A stretch of 64,000 nt of DNA from a virus (taxonomy: Duplodnaviria > Heunggongvirae > Uroviricota > Caudoviricetes): IMG/VR virus record IMGVR_UViG_3300047159_000064, one strand, 5' to 3'. The position numbers were made by a program, and so were the translations under genes. The first letter of the stretch is position 1, and every line of letters begins with the position of its first letter. The notes under the pieces were generated by a model. That model did no database searches. It was not told the DNA's origin and saw only the letters and a list, made by a program, of their open reading frames with translations. Shown here in pieces: positions 46,207 through 55,568 of this stretch.

Positions 46207-48711
46207 TTATGCCTTAGACGCTCTTGAGAGCGTTATTCCCGTGCTTAGGTAGTCGGCGTCTATTTCGGATATGACAAATTTGTTGTTGACGTTATTGGCG
46301 TCGTACCAGGTAAGAGGAGACGCGAGTGTATCGTCGGCTATGAGCTGGTTGAGCTCTATCGCGTTGTCGCTGTTTATCGGCACGTTGTAATAGAAATCGT
46401 CGGCCACATGCGTATTCGCTATGTCTTTCATCAGCGCGTCTATTCTGCCTTGCGCGGTCGTTATGGTCGTCGTGTCGTATTTGTAGTTGAGCTTGTAATT
46501 GATGTCGACTATAGGCGAAAGCTCTCCGAACACGATCATGCCCTTCAGATTGGCGTCTGGGTAGACCTCGATGGCTGTTACGGTTTTGCTGACTTGAATG
46601 ACGTTTATGCCTTCTTGCAGCGTATATGTCGCAGCCATTTCGGCGCTTGTGTTGAATTTCTTTATCCCAGATACGTCCGCTGCGGCGTTTTTGGCTCTTA
46701 GATAAGGCTTCGCCGCCGTCGTCGTGTCGTTGTTCTTATAGAAGAACATTATTAAGCCGTACTGCGACGTGCTAGGTATGTTGATGCTGAGATTAAACGC
46801 TTTCGTAGCGGCGGTGTAGCCTGAGATGTCTTTGAGATCCGAGAAGTTGAATTTAGTGAATTTCGCGCCGTTGTTCTCGTAGTTGTTCAGCGTGAGCTGC
46901 TTGGTGGTTGCCGCTATCTTTGGCGTATTCTTGCTCGTTATCTTTACTTTGAAGCTTCTGAGGATCGGGTTCGCCGCGAGATCGTATCCGCTGACGACCG
47001 TCGTCACGCTGTCTGTGGCGCTCTGGCAGACGTAATTCGAGTTGATCGAAAGATCGCCTTGCGTAGGTGCTAAAAGCCGCGTCGTTGCTTTATCAGGCGA
47101 CGTGCTGATGTCGCTTATGTTCTTTATGAACAGCGTTATGCTGTCGCCTGCGTGCAGCGTCTGAGCGGTAGTCGTGCTCATGTTGAAATCTAGCCTGCTC
47201 CTTACTTTCCAGCCGTTGTTCTCGGCGATGCCTGAGGTAGAAGAAAAGCTTACTTCTGGTAGGTCTTCGCTTGTGTCTTTTTCCGCGAACTTGTAGTTGG
47301 CTTTTACGACGCTTTTCCATTCGTTGTCGAGATCAAGCGCGATGTTTCCGTTGTTGTCGCTTCCGCTGTTGCTGAGGCTGTTGATCGTATCGCCTTCCGT
47401 CAGCGATATGTATTGGTTTTCTACTATCTTCAGCTTATGCGTCGAGCTGAAGTTGTATTGCTTCCATGGTATAGACGCCGCCAAGCCATAGGTCATTATG
47501 TCTTCTTCAGACACGTCACCGTCTGCCGTCTTCTTAGTAAGGTCGATGTCGTTTCCGGCGTCGGTTATCTTTATTATGGTCGTTCCTGCGCCGTAGTAGG
47601 CGATATCTGTTTTCTTCGCGTCGGTGTAGTAAAGGTGCTCGCCGTCTTTTAAGGTATAGGCGTTATTCGTGCCGTTGTCCCAGCTTTCGTCGAATTCGAA
47701 AGGCTGAGAGGCGCTGTCCGGTATCTCGTCGTTTCTTTCCCAATAGATGTTTGTTCCGGCTTCGTCAAGCTCGACGCTGACGAGCTCTCTTATGCAGATT
47801 TGCTCATTGGTGCCAAGCGTGAACATGCCTGGGCATTCGGGGACTTGCGCGAAATAGTAGTTGTCTTTCTTAGAATAGCTGTGGTTGACGTGGTACAGCT
47901 CGCTGCTCATTACGGCGAAGTTCGGGCTTATGACCGTGTCAGGTCCGTAGTATTTGTTGATGACTTTCTTGGTCTCTGTGCCGTCTGAGGTCGTCGAAGA
48001 GTCAGTGTAGTTTATCAGCAGATATTCGCCGGCCTTGAGCTGATAGTCTGAATTCACGCTAACCGTTTGGTTGTTTGCGTCTGAGCCTAAGCCGTCTTTC
48101 GTGTTATCGGCAGTTTCGGTCAAGGATGTTTTCTGTATGTATCTGTTGTCTATCAGCCTGGCGGTAGAAGACTGCGTCATCACCGTGGTGGCCAATGTGT
48201 ATTTTATCAGATCAATGTCGATGTATTTTCCGAATACGCGGCTGGTGTCTGCACCGAGCGATCTGTAGACGCCTGACAGCGTGACGCCGTTTATGACCTG
48301 GCTCTTTATCCAGGTGTAGAATTTGGCGTACGTGCCCTCGGTGAATTCGAATACGTAATAGGCTGCTTTGTCGAAAGCGGCAGGCGCTTCAGTTACAACG
48401 CTGTAGACGCCTTCGGCCGATTTAGCGAATATCGCCCCGTACAGCTTGACGGCGTCGTCATAGGTCTTCGCGCTGCTTGTTTCAGCGGCGGCTGAAAGGA
48501 GCGTCATGCTCGGACTTACGGTCTCGGCGTTGACGAAATCTTCCCATCTCTGCTTTCCGCTGCTTGAGGCCTCAGACATGAACGTTCTGATGGTTTCGAA
48601 CGTCGCCGGTATCGCGTTTTTAGTCGCTTCCGTCGTCGTCAGATGCAGATAGTAATTGACGTAAGCCGGATACGTTATCGTCGTTTTGAAGTTCGGGCGG
48701 CGGAATTGCAC
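46207..48711 (-). CDS. large baseplate/tail protein (834 aa; gpI/gp7-like by position)
   Basis: ORF track; synteny downstream of the J-like gene. Confidence 0.4.
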   Translation of the reverse strand: MQFRRPNFKTTITYPAYVNYYLHLTTTEATKNAIPATFETIRTFMSEASSSGKQRWEDFVNAETVSPSMTLLSAAAETSSAKTYDDAVKLYGAIFAKSAEGVYSVVTEAPAAFDKAAYYVFEFTEGTYAKFYTWIKSQVINGVTLSGVYRSLGADTSRVFGKYIDIDLIKYTLATTVMTQSSTARLIDNRYIQKTSLTETADNTKDGLGSDANNQTVSVNSDYQLKAGEYLLINYTDSSTTSDGTETKKVINKYYGPDTVISPNFAVMSSELYHVNHSYSKKDNYYFAQVPECPGMFTLGTNEQICIRELVSVELDEAGTNIYWERNDEIPDSASQPFEFDESWDNGTNNAYTLKDGEHLYYTDAKKTDIAYYGAGTTIIKITDAGNDIDLTKKTADGDVSEEDIMTYGLAASIPWKQYNFSSTHKLKIVENQYISLTEGDTINSLSNSGSDNNGNIALDLDNEWKSVVKANYKFAEKDTSEDLPEVSFSSTSGIAENNGWKVRSRLDFNMSTTTAQTLHAGDSITLFIKNISDISTSPDKATTRLLAPTQGDLSINSNYVCQSATDSVTTVVSGYDLAANPILRSFKVKITSKNTPKIAATTKQLTLNNYENNGAKFTKFNFSDLKDISGYTAATKAFNLSINIPSTSQYGLIMFFYKNNDTTTAAKPYLRAKNAAADVSGIKKFNTSAEMAATYTLQEGINVIQVSKTVTAIEVYPDANLKGMIVFGELSPIVDINYKLNYKYDTTTITTAQGRIDALMKDIANTHVADDFYYNVPINSDNAIELNQLIADDTLASPLTWYDANNVNNKFVISEIDADYLSTGITLSRASKA

Positions 48712-48725
48712 GACTTCGTTCTCTT

Positions 48726-50630
48726 TTAGCGTTCTTCCGCCTTAGAGCCGGCAGGTATCTCGAATTTCGACGTCATCTTAGAGATGTATTCGGTGCTCGG
48801 ATTCTCAGGATATTCTGATTTTACGCCGTCGTCTGAGTATTTCGATTCGCTGTAGTCTGTTTTGAAGTTGCTGTCGTACTGGAACGCGGCTATTCTTCCT
48901 GCGAGGATGTTTCTCAGCATCAGCTTGTTGTATTGCGCCTTTGCATCGTCGTCGCTTGACGTTACGTCGTATTCGTTGCCGTTGACGTCCTCTATCATCG
49001 TATAAAGCGTAGGCTCGTCGAGATTGACGTCCTTTATCCTCGAATCGGCGTTTTCTATCACGCTGAGTATCGTGTCGTAAGGTATCTCTTCGCCGAAGTC
49101 TATCTTATGCGCGTTGAAGTTGGCGTAAATCGCCGTATAGACATTCTGCAGGATCGTCGCTTCTTCGCCAGAGGTCACCTTTTTTGTCGTCGTTATCTTC
49201 GCCTTAAGCTTCAGATAATTTTTGATGCAGGCGATATCCGCGTCCGCCGGAGCCTTGAAATTGTGGGATATCGTTTTCGCGTCTTTGATGTCGTTGAGTA
49301 TCTCGGTGTTGTTCTCGGCGTTGTACTTGAACGAGTTCTCGTATTCGTCTTGCGTGTCCAAGCCGTAGACGGTCTTGAACGGATAGAGCATCAGATCGAA
49401 GTTGTCTATCATCGTTTTGCCGCTGTCGTCTTTCAGCGCGACGTCGTCGTAGCTTATTCCGTATTCGTTGAAAGAGCAGAGAGGCGTCGCTCTGTTTATG
49501 TCGTCGCGTATGTCCGACACAACCGCATTGGATACAAGCGGCGTCGTGTCGGTGTCGCTCTTGGTGAGCTGCAGTATCTTATTCATGTAGTCTCTGCAGG
49601 TGACCAGGGTATCGAATGTGCCGATTATCTTTTTGTAGCCGTTGTATGCGTCGGTCAAAGACTCAGGGTTAGCCCCGTTAGTGGCCGCGCTTGTGTTCGT
49701 CACAGAGAAATTGTCCGCCGTGAGCGACGCTATATTGGCGTAGCTGCTGTCCGTGCCGGAGCTCGCCGTGCTCCAAAGAGACGGGATTTCTAGCTTGCTC
49801 AGCGTCCTGGCCGATATGTTGCCTTTGGCCCCGTTTGTCCTGATGTATCTTATTCTTAAGCCGTCTTCTATCAGCTGGTCTATGTCGTCTGGGAATTGCA
49901 GGTAAGGCAGGCTCGTCTTGGAATCGAAGCCGAATTTGTAGACGCACGATCCAGGCAGCTGCGTATTCAGGTTGTCTACCTGCTTCCACAGGGCTGATTC
50001 GCTGTCGTCGCTTATGTTTATCACGAAAACGCCGTTTTCGGCTATTCCGGCCTCAGGCAGGATGTAGCGCTTGCTGTCGTCCAATTGCGTCAGCGATACG
50101 ATGTTGTCGTTGTCGGTTTCGCATTCGATCAGCTCGCCTTCCGCGACGGCCACGCTTCTCGAAGGCTCTGCTTCTTTCAGCGTGAAATCCTCGAGCGTCA
50201 CGTAGTTTATGTCTTCTTCTTTGTTTTTGAGGTTGACGAATTTCGGGAAGTATATCCCTCCGGCCGTTTCGAAATCGTCTATCGTCAGGTCATTGGCGTC
50301 TTTGAAAGATATCAAAGCCGTGCATGTGGCGGCTCTGTAGTATTTCATGCTGTAGCCCATCATCTCGGTGAGCTTGCGCATAGACTCTTCTTGCGTCGCG
50401 CTCGGCATGAAGGCCTCGAGCGTGTTTTTGTCTATGTTGTAGTTAAGCTTGTCGGCTATGGCCGTTAATGCCTTAAGCAGCACTATGCCGGGATCCGATT
50501 CGTTTGTGGATTCAGGCGACCATCTGTCAGAGAGCTTGTCGGCCAGCTCCATCAGCTCATTCCAGATCTGATAGTAGTCTTTCTTGGTCGGCGATAAAGA
50601 AACTTCGCTAATTTCTTTTTCTGTAATCAT
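48726..50630 (-). CDS. baseplate wedge protein (baseplate J / gp6-like, by size and synteny after gp25/W-like)
   Basis: 634 aa immediately after the W-like gene. Confidence 0.4.
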   Translation of the reverse strand: MITEKEISEVSLSPTKKDYYQIWNELMELADKLSDRWSPESTNESDPGIVLLKALTAIADKLNYNIDKNTLEAFMPSATQEESMRKLTEMMGYSMKYYRAATCTALISFKDANDLTIDDFETAGGIYFPKFVNLKNKEEDINYVTLEDFTLKEAEPSRSVAVAEGELIECETDNDNIVSLTQLDDSKRYILPEAGIAENGVFVINISDDSESALWKQVDNLNTQLPGSCVYKFGFDSKTSLPYLQFPDDIDQLIEDGLRIRYIRTNGAKGNISARTLSKLEIPSLWSTASSGTDSSYANIASLTADNFSVTNTSAATNGANPESLTDAYNGYKKIIGTFDTLVTCRDYMNKILQLTKSDTDTTPLVSNAVVSDIRDDINRATPLCSFNEYGISYDDVALKDDSGKTMIDNFDLMLYPFKTVYGLDTQDEYENSFKYNAENNTEILNDIKDAKTISHNFKAPADADIACIKNYLKLKAKITTTKKVTSGEEATILQNVYTAIYANFNAHKIDFGEEIPYDTILSVIENADSRIKDVNLDEPTLYTMIEDVNGNEYDVTSSDDDAKAQYNKLMLRNILAGRIAAFQYDSNFKTDYSESKYSDDGVKSEYPENPSTEYISKMTSKFEIPAGSKAEER

Positions 50631-50645
50631 GTGTCCGTTGTCTCC

Positions 50646-51038
50646 TTATTTGCTTGTCTCTGTCTCATCGAACAGCACCAATGAGTAGGTGTTTATTCTG
50701 TAGTCTATCTGGTTGATGCCAGAGAATTTGCAGTACAGCTTGCCTTTTTCTCTGTCTTGCACTATCGAGATGTTCTTTCTCTCTATGTGCAGCTGCGGCA
50801 GGAATTTCGCCAGCTGGACGTAAATCATGTCTATTATCTGGTCTTTGAGGACGTAGTTGTTCTGATCGAACATGAAATGGCGCAGCAGCAGGCCGAAGTA
50901 AGGGTCGCCTATCAGCTCGCCGCGCTCGCAGTGGAGCAGCAGCTTGGCGTTTTGATCCGTTGCCTGAAGGTATTCCGACGACTTCCACACGTTGGTGCCG
51001 TTCGTCGAGAACATCGAAGGGAATTTTATGCTTCTCAT
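50646..51038 (-). CDS. baseplate wedge protein gp25 / GPW-like (RGE..GDPYFG motif)
   Basis: HCERGELIGDPYFGLLLRHF matches the gp25/W family signature. Confidence 0.55.
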   Translation of the reverse strand: MRSIKFPSMFSTNGTNVWKSSEYLQATDQNAKLLLHCERGELIGDPYFGLLLRHFMFDQNNYVLKDQIIDMIYVQLAKFLPQLHIERKNISIVQDREKGKLYCKFSGINQIDYRINTYSLVLFDETETSK

Positions 51039-51060
51039 TCTTGCGCTTTCCTCTGTCTCA

Positions 51061-51087
51061 AATCATATAATTTAGCAGATTATGATG
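51061..51087 (-). promoter_or_regulatory. late promoter motif copy 3 (minus strand CATAATCTGCTAAATTATATGA)
   Basis: aatcatataatttagcagattatgatg, about 30 nt before the ATG of 50646-51038. Confidence 0.5.
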
Positions 51088-51120
51088 ATATTTTTAATAA
51101 ATATATTTTAGGTCGAAGCT

Positions 51121-51165
51121 AAACAAAAACGGCGCGCGTTTGTTGGCGTTTGCGCCGTTTGTGCT
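51121..51165. terminator. bidirectional terminator hairpin (AAACGGCGC-loop-GCGCCGTTT)
   Basis: aaaaacggcgcgcgtttgttggcgtttgcgccgtttgt. Confidence 0.45.
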
Positions 51166-51476
51166 TTTAGTAGGTAGTGACGGAGTCGTCTCCTGCTATT
51201 CTCGTCATGCTGAGCGTCGTTCTGTAGCCGCTCTCGTTTATGACGTCTTGCTGCTGCGTCACGAGGTAAAGTCCAGACGATATGTGCTTTCTTCCTCCTG
51301 GGAATATGACGTTGAGCCTGACGTAGTTCATCAGTATCGCCGGTCTCAGCAGAGCCTTGGACCGTTATCGTCGCCTTTATGGGGAATTTGGTGACTTTTG
51401 TCCACCAGGTGATGTCAGACGGCCTGGTGATGAAGTTGTCGTTCTTCGAGGTTATCGTAGGCGCCCAAACGTCCTC

Positions 51477-52469
51477 TCATTGGCCTTTGCCGTTTATTCG
51501 CTGCACGTATTGGTCTTGAACCAGCTTGTCGTTGTATTCGTACAGCAGCGAGTAGTTCTCGTCGTCGACGACGGAGAAGCTGGTGACGATCGTTCCGGTG
51601 TTGCCGAAGCCTATGTCTATCTCGAAAGCGTCTGATTTGTTGGTTTTATACGAGACGCGCTCGACTCTGAAATAGGCGCCTTTTATGTCTTGATCCGCCA
51701 GCGTTTTCTCGTCGTATATCGTGTCGTCGTGCATGGTCAGCACGTAGATGTCGGAGCTTGAGTTCTGCAGCGTCGTGAAGCCTGCGGGAAGCATGCAGCT
51801 GACGAGATAGGTAACGTAGTCTATCGCCGAGATGTTCCTTTTGGCGTTGAGCTGAACGTATTTGTCGTCTCCGGCAATCAGATAATCCATGTTGTTGGCG
51901 TTCATGCCGCTGAACAGCGTCTGAAGGCCGTACTTGCCGTTTCTCAGCAGCTTCTTTATTTCGTCGCTCGGCTTTTTCACGCCGCCTTGGAACGTCCAGC
52001 TTCCCGCCGAGCTGAGCGAAGCGCTAGACACCGCGTATACGGTGTAGTTTATGACGCCGCCTTGCAGCGAGAAGCTTGAGGTGACCTTGGTTATCAGCGC
52101 CTCTTCGTTTTTGTAGACGTACGTAGGCATGCTCATGTCGCCGTAGCTGAAGATTATCTTTCTGGTGGCGCTGACGCTCGACAGCACCTTTTCAAAGAAG
52201 TTAGGGTCGTCGGTCTGCCTTACGGGGTAGCTGAGCGAAAGCGTGTATTGGTTTATCTGGCCGTTTATCTTTATTATCGACAGCGACTGCACGAAATTAG
52301 GATACTGGACATGATAAGCGGTATAATAAAAACCTTGGCTGTCTTTGGCCGTTTTCTCTGTTTTGCTGAATACGCCGAATGTGTATTCGCCGATCGTGAC
52401 TTTTATCCACGGAGCCTGGACTCTGGCGCTCGAGGACAGCAGCGATCTTCTTTCGTCGCTGAATGCCAT
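51477..52469 (-). CDS. baseplate protein (330 aa); ends at TGA and is followed in frame by about 50 protein-like codons (EDVWAPTITSKNDNFITRPSDITWWTKVTKFPIKATITVQGSAETGDT), then a frame switch into a 54-codon ORF ending near 51168
   Basis: ORF track plus manual translation of 51168-51476. Confidence 0.45.
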   Translation of the reverse strand: MAFSDERRSLLSSSARVQAPWIKVTIGEYTFGVFSKTEKTAKDSQGFYYTAYHVQYPNFVQSLSIIKINGQINQYTLSLSYPVRQTDDPNFFEKVLSSVSATRKIIFSYGDMSMPTYVYKNEEALITKVTSSFSLQGGVINYTVYAVSSASLSSAGSWTFQGGVKKPSDEIKKLLRNGKYGLQTLFSGMNANNMDYLIAGDDKYVQLNAKRNISAIDYVTYLVSCMLPAGFTTLQNSSSDIYVLTMHDDTIYDEKTLADQDIKGAYFRVERVSYKTNKSDAFEIDIGFGNTGTIVTSFSVVDDENYSLLYEYNDKLVQDQYVQRINGKGQ

Positions 52470-52470
52470 G

Positions 52471-52797
52471 TTATCTTAGATCTCCAAACGATATGTTTGT
52501 TATAGACGGTATTTTTATTATGTCGTATTTGTCTTTCAGCCGGATGAAGGCGTCTTGTATGTCGTTGAAATAGGCTATTATCCACCAGTACGTCGGGTTG
52601 TTGTAGTAGGTCAAAGCTAGTTTGTCTAGCGTGTCTTCGTCCGTGACCTTATGAGCCACCCACTGCGCGTCTTTAAGCATGTTCTTGCCGAGGCCGTAGA
52701 TCTCTTTCTTGTCTCGCGTGTTGTAGTAATATGGCACGCTCGCGTATCTCGACGTGTAGTCGAATTGCGCGTATCTTTTGTTAGTTAGATCATCCAT
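52471..52797 (-). CDS. LysM-like tail protein (P2 gpX-like)
   Basis: DTLDKLALTYYNNPTYWWIIAYFNDIQDAFIRLKDKYDIIKIP resembles a LysM fold motif. Confidence 0.45.
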   Translation of the reverse strand: MDDLTNKRYAQFDYTSRYASVPYYYNTRDKKEIYGLGKNMLKDAQWVAHKVTDEDTLDKLALTYYNNPTYWWIIAYFNDIQDAFIRLKDKYDIIKIPSITNISFGDLR

Positions 52798-52800
52798 CGG

Positions 52801-53391
52801 CTAATCCTCCAGATTCATGCCTTTCTTCAAGCTTTGGACTACTCCGCGGAACCCGCCGTTTTTATAGACCGTCGTAGAATCATAAGGGTCTACTTCTGAT
52901 ATCTGCAGCGACAGCGTTACCTGGGCGTATTTGCCGTTAGACAGTATAGGTTTTTTGAACTCTAAGCCTATGGCGCTTGACACGATGCCTTTTATGAATA
53001 TCTCATTGCCCAGCCTGAGCGCGACTATCGGCGGTTCTACCGCCTTGTTCTGCAGGTTGTATTTCGGTAAGGCTATGGCTTGCAAAGCGCGCAGGAGGTT
53101 GTCGACGTAGTCTTCGCCTTCTCCGAGTTTGGAATTGCTTATTCCGATGTTTATGTCGTCCATGATGTCTCTGTGCAGCGCTATCTGTACCTGAACCGTT
53201 CTTGGGCCAGCGTTGCTGAATGTGTAGACAGGCGCAGTTCTGCCCAGCGCGTTCGTAGGCTGGAAATTAGACTGCATGTTGTCGTTTATGGCGTCAGGCC
53301 ACATCGGCAGCTTCCAGAATTGGAACCCTTCGTCGAGATGGGATATGTACAGGTAGTTGTCGTCTAGCACCTGCATTGATGTCTTGTTCAT
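52801..53391 (-). CDS. tail/baseplate protein (196 aa)
   Basis: ORF track. Confidence 0.4.
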   Translation of the reverse strand: MNKTSMQVLDDNYLYISHLDEGFQFWKLPMWPDAINDNMQSNFQPTNALGRTAPVYTFSNAGPRTVQVQIALHRDIMDDINIGISNSKLGEGEDYVDNLLRALQAIALPKYNLQNKAVEPPIVALRLGNEIFIKGIVSSAIGLEFKKPILSNGKYAQVTLSLQISEVDPYDSTTVYKNGGFRGVVQSLKKGMNLED

Positions 53392-55565
53392 TATTGCGCA
53401 TCTCCTTCTTTAGGCGCGTAAAGGTCGATGTTCGACAGATTCACGCTCGATATGGTTTCGGTAACTTTTGTGCCGTCTTCTTTGACGCTGACGTTGGAAT
53501 ACAGTTTTTCGACGTCTTTGTCTACGTATCCCAGTATGTCGTGGTTGACGTCATTGACGTTATAATGCTTGTTTATGTAGGCGTAGAAAATCGCCCTGAG
53601 CGCAGGCTCCCACAAGTCGTCGGCCTGCATCGTTATCGGATCCAGGCTTCCGTCGTCGGCGAGCAGTTCGTTTTTCTGCACTATCGTCTTCGCGCGTTTT
53701 ATGTTATTGACGATTTCGTCGTCTGACGTTATGGCGTTGCCTGTCAGATACTCCGTCAGTCTGTCCGCGAACGGATAGCTGACGTCCGTGTTGGTTCTCA
53801 GCAGCTGCAGCGGCGTGATGAGCTTGTTTGCCAGCACGCTAAGATCGCCGTCGAAATTTATCGCCGTATGGTTCGTCAGCCTTCTTATCGTCGCTGATTT
53901 CTGCGCCAGGTTGGCGTAGGCGGCGTTGAGTCCGTCGCCGTTTGCCCCAAAAAGGCTCCTAACGATTGATTTAAGGCTCGCCAGCGTCTCTTTAGTGATA
54001 TCTTGCACGTCGGCTATTCTGTTCGCGCCGTTGGTGCTTATTTCGCTTTCGTAGTAGTTTAGGCCGGCCGTCGGGTATCCGGCGAGTATCGAGGCTATGC
54101 GGCTGTCTCCGCTCTTCGAATCGGCGAAAGGCCTTACCAGGTACCTCGTCAGCTTCTCTCCGTCGCTCACGAACGTAGGGTTTGCTTTCTGAAAGGCCGA
54201 CTTGAGCCTTTCTAGCTCTTGCTCGTCCGTCGTCTTCAGCAGCATATAGTCGTTGGATCCAGAGTAATCGCCTTCGAGCACGACGATGGACGATTTGTCG
54301 TTCATCGGCACTTTTATGAAAAGCTTGAGATCGTCTTCCAGCATGGCGAGCTCGGCTTTTTTGTCTTCGGTCATGACGCTGACCGCTTTGTTGAGCGCGT
54401 CATAGACGGCCGGCGAACGGAATTGCATGCTGTTGAAGCACGCGTAAGTGGCGGCAGGCAAGAACGAAAACGCGGCTCTGTCGTCCTGGTATTTGTTGTA
54501 TATGCCGCAGCACACCTCGATGGCGTAATTGCTGTCTATGGCTATCGTGTAGTCTTTGAACAGCTTGACGGGCAGCATGTATATCTTGTAATCTTGGTCG
54601 TCGCTTTTGAAGGCGGCCGTGTAATCGTCAGACACTTTCACCGACAGGCTGAGATTCGGCGCCATTCGGTCGCTGAAGCAGTTGTAAAGCGGCATGAGAT
54701 CTACGCCTTTGAAGTCTCTCTGGAATCTCAGGTAGTCGCCTAGATATTCGTGCGTGTAAGAATCGTATACGCCGTTTTTTACCAGCAGCGTCTTTGTGCC
54801 GTTTGAATCTTTTTGGCCGTAAGAGTAGTATTTAACTCCGGCTATTTTATGCAATACCTCATGACCGTCTTCGAAGGCTATGTGGCTGTCGTACCACTTG
54901 CCCCTAGTTATCTGATTGCCGAGCTGATCGGTCGTCTCCGTTACGACGTATTCTTGGATCTTTCCGTCTTTTATGTACGGGACGTAGCGCATATATTGCG
55001 GATATGATTCATGCTTGTCGCCTGACGCCGATTCCGACGAGCCGTCCTCAAGCTCACCGTAGGTCAGGGAGTCGTTGCGGTATTTTGTGCTTATGACGTT
55101 GAGCTCCGATTTGTTTTGCAGATCTGCCAGCGCCGCTTCGTCTTCGGCAAGTCTTTCTTCGAGCCTTGATAGCTCTTGGCTTTTGCTTATCAGCGACTGC
55201 AGCTCGCTCGGCGATTCGGCGCCGCCGCCCAAACCTATTGAGCTTAGATAGTCGGCGTCATTGGGAAGATTGCCTAGCTTTGTCTCCAGGCTGTCGCTTT
55301 TTTCGTTGTGGGTATTGTAGTATTTCACGTAGTCGGATATGAAAGCGTCGGTGACGTAGGCTTTGCCTATCTTGGTCGCTTTCAGCCTGGATATGCCTGT
55401 TTTCGCAGAATTTATGTCGAGAATCAGCTTTTCTTGCGCTTGCTCGTTTTTCTCGTGATACAGGCGCTGCTCTTCCGTGTATACTCTGTATTTCGGCAGA
55501 TTGAAAGAAGACAGCAGCTGCTTTATGTATCCGGTGAATATTCCGTCGTTGTTGAATTTGAACAT
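53391..55565 (-). CDS. large tail protein (724 aa), downstream of the tape measure (DNA-circulation/hub-like by synteny)
   Basis: ORF track; synteny. Confidence 0.4.
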   Translation of the reverse strand: MFKFNNDGIFTGYIKQLLSSFNLPKYRVYTEEQRLYHEKNEQAQEKLILDINSAKTGISRLKATKIGKAYVTDAFISDYVKYYNTHNEKSDSLETKLGNLPNDADYLSSIGLGGGAESPSELQSLISKSQELSRLEERLAEDEAALADLQNKSELNVISTKYRNDSLTYGELEDGSSESASGDKHESYPQYMRYVPYIKDGKIQEYVVTETTDQLGNQITRGKWYDSHIAFEDGHEVLHKIAGVKYYSYGQKDSNGTKTLLVKNGVYDSYTHEYLGDYLRFQRDFKGVDLMPLYNCFSDRMAPNLSLSVKVSDDYTAAFKSDDQDYKIYMLPVKLFKDYTIAIDSNYAIEVCCGIYNKYQDDRAAFSFLPAATYACFNSMQFRSPAVYDALNKAVSVMTEDKKAELAMLEDDLKLFIKVPMNDKSSIVVLEGDYSGSNDYMLLKTTDEQELERLKSAFQKANPTFVSDGEKLTRYLVRPFADSKSGDSRIASILAGYPTAGLNYYESEISTNGANRIADVQDITKETLASLKSIVRSLFGANGDGLNAAYANLAQKSATIRRLTNHTAINFDGDLSVLANKLITPLQLLRTNTDVSYPFADRLTEYLTGNAITSDDEIVNNIKRAKTIVQKNELLADDGSLDPITMQADDLWEPALRAIFYAYINKHYNVNDVNHDILGYVDKDVEKLYSNVSVKEDGTKVTETISSVNLSNIDLYAPKEGDAQ

Positions 55566-55568
55566 CCG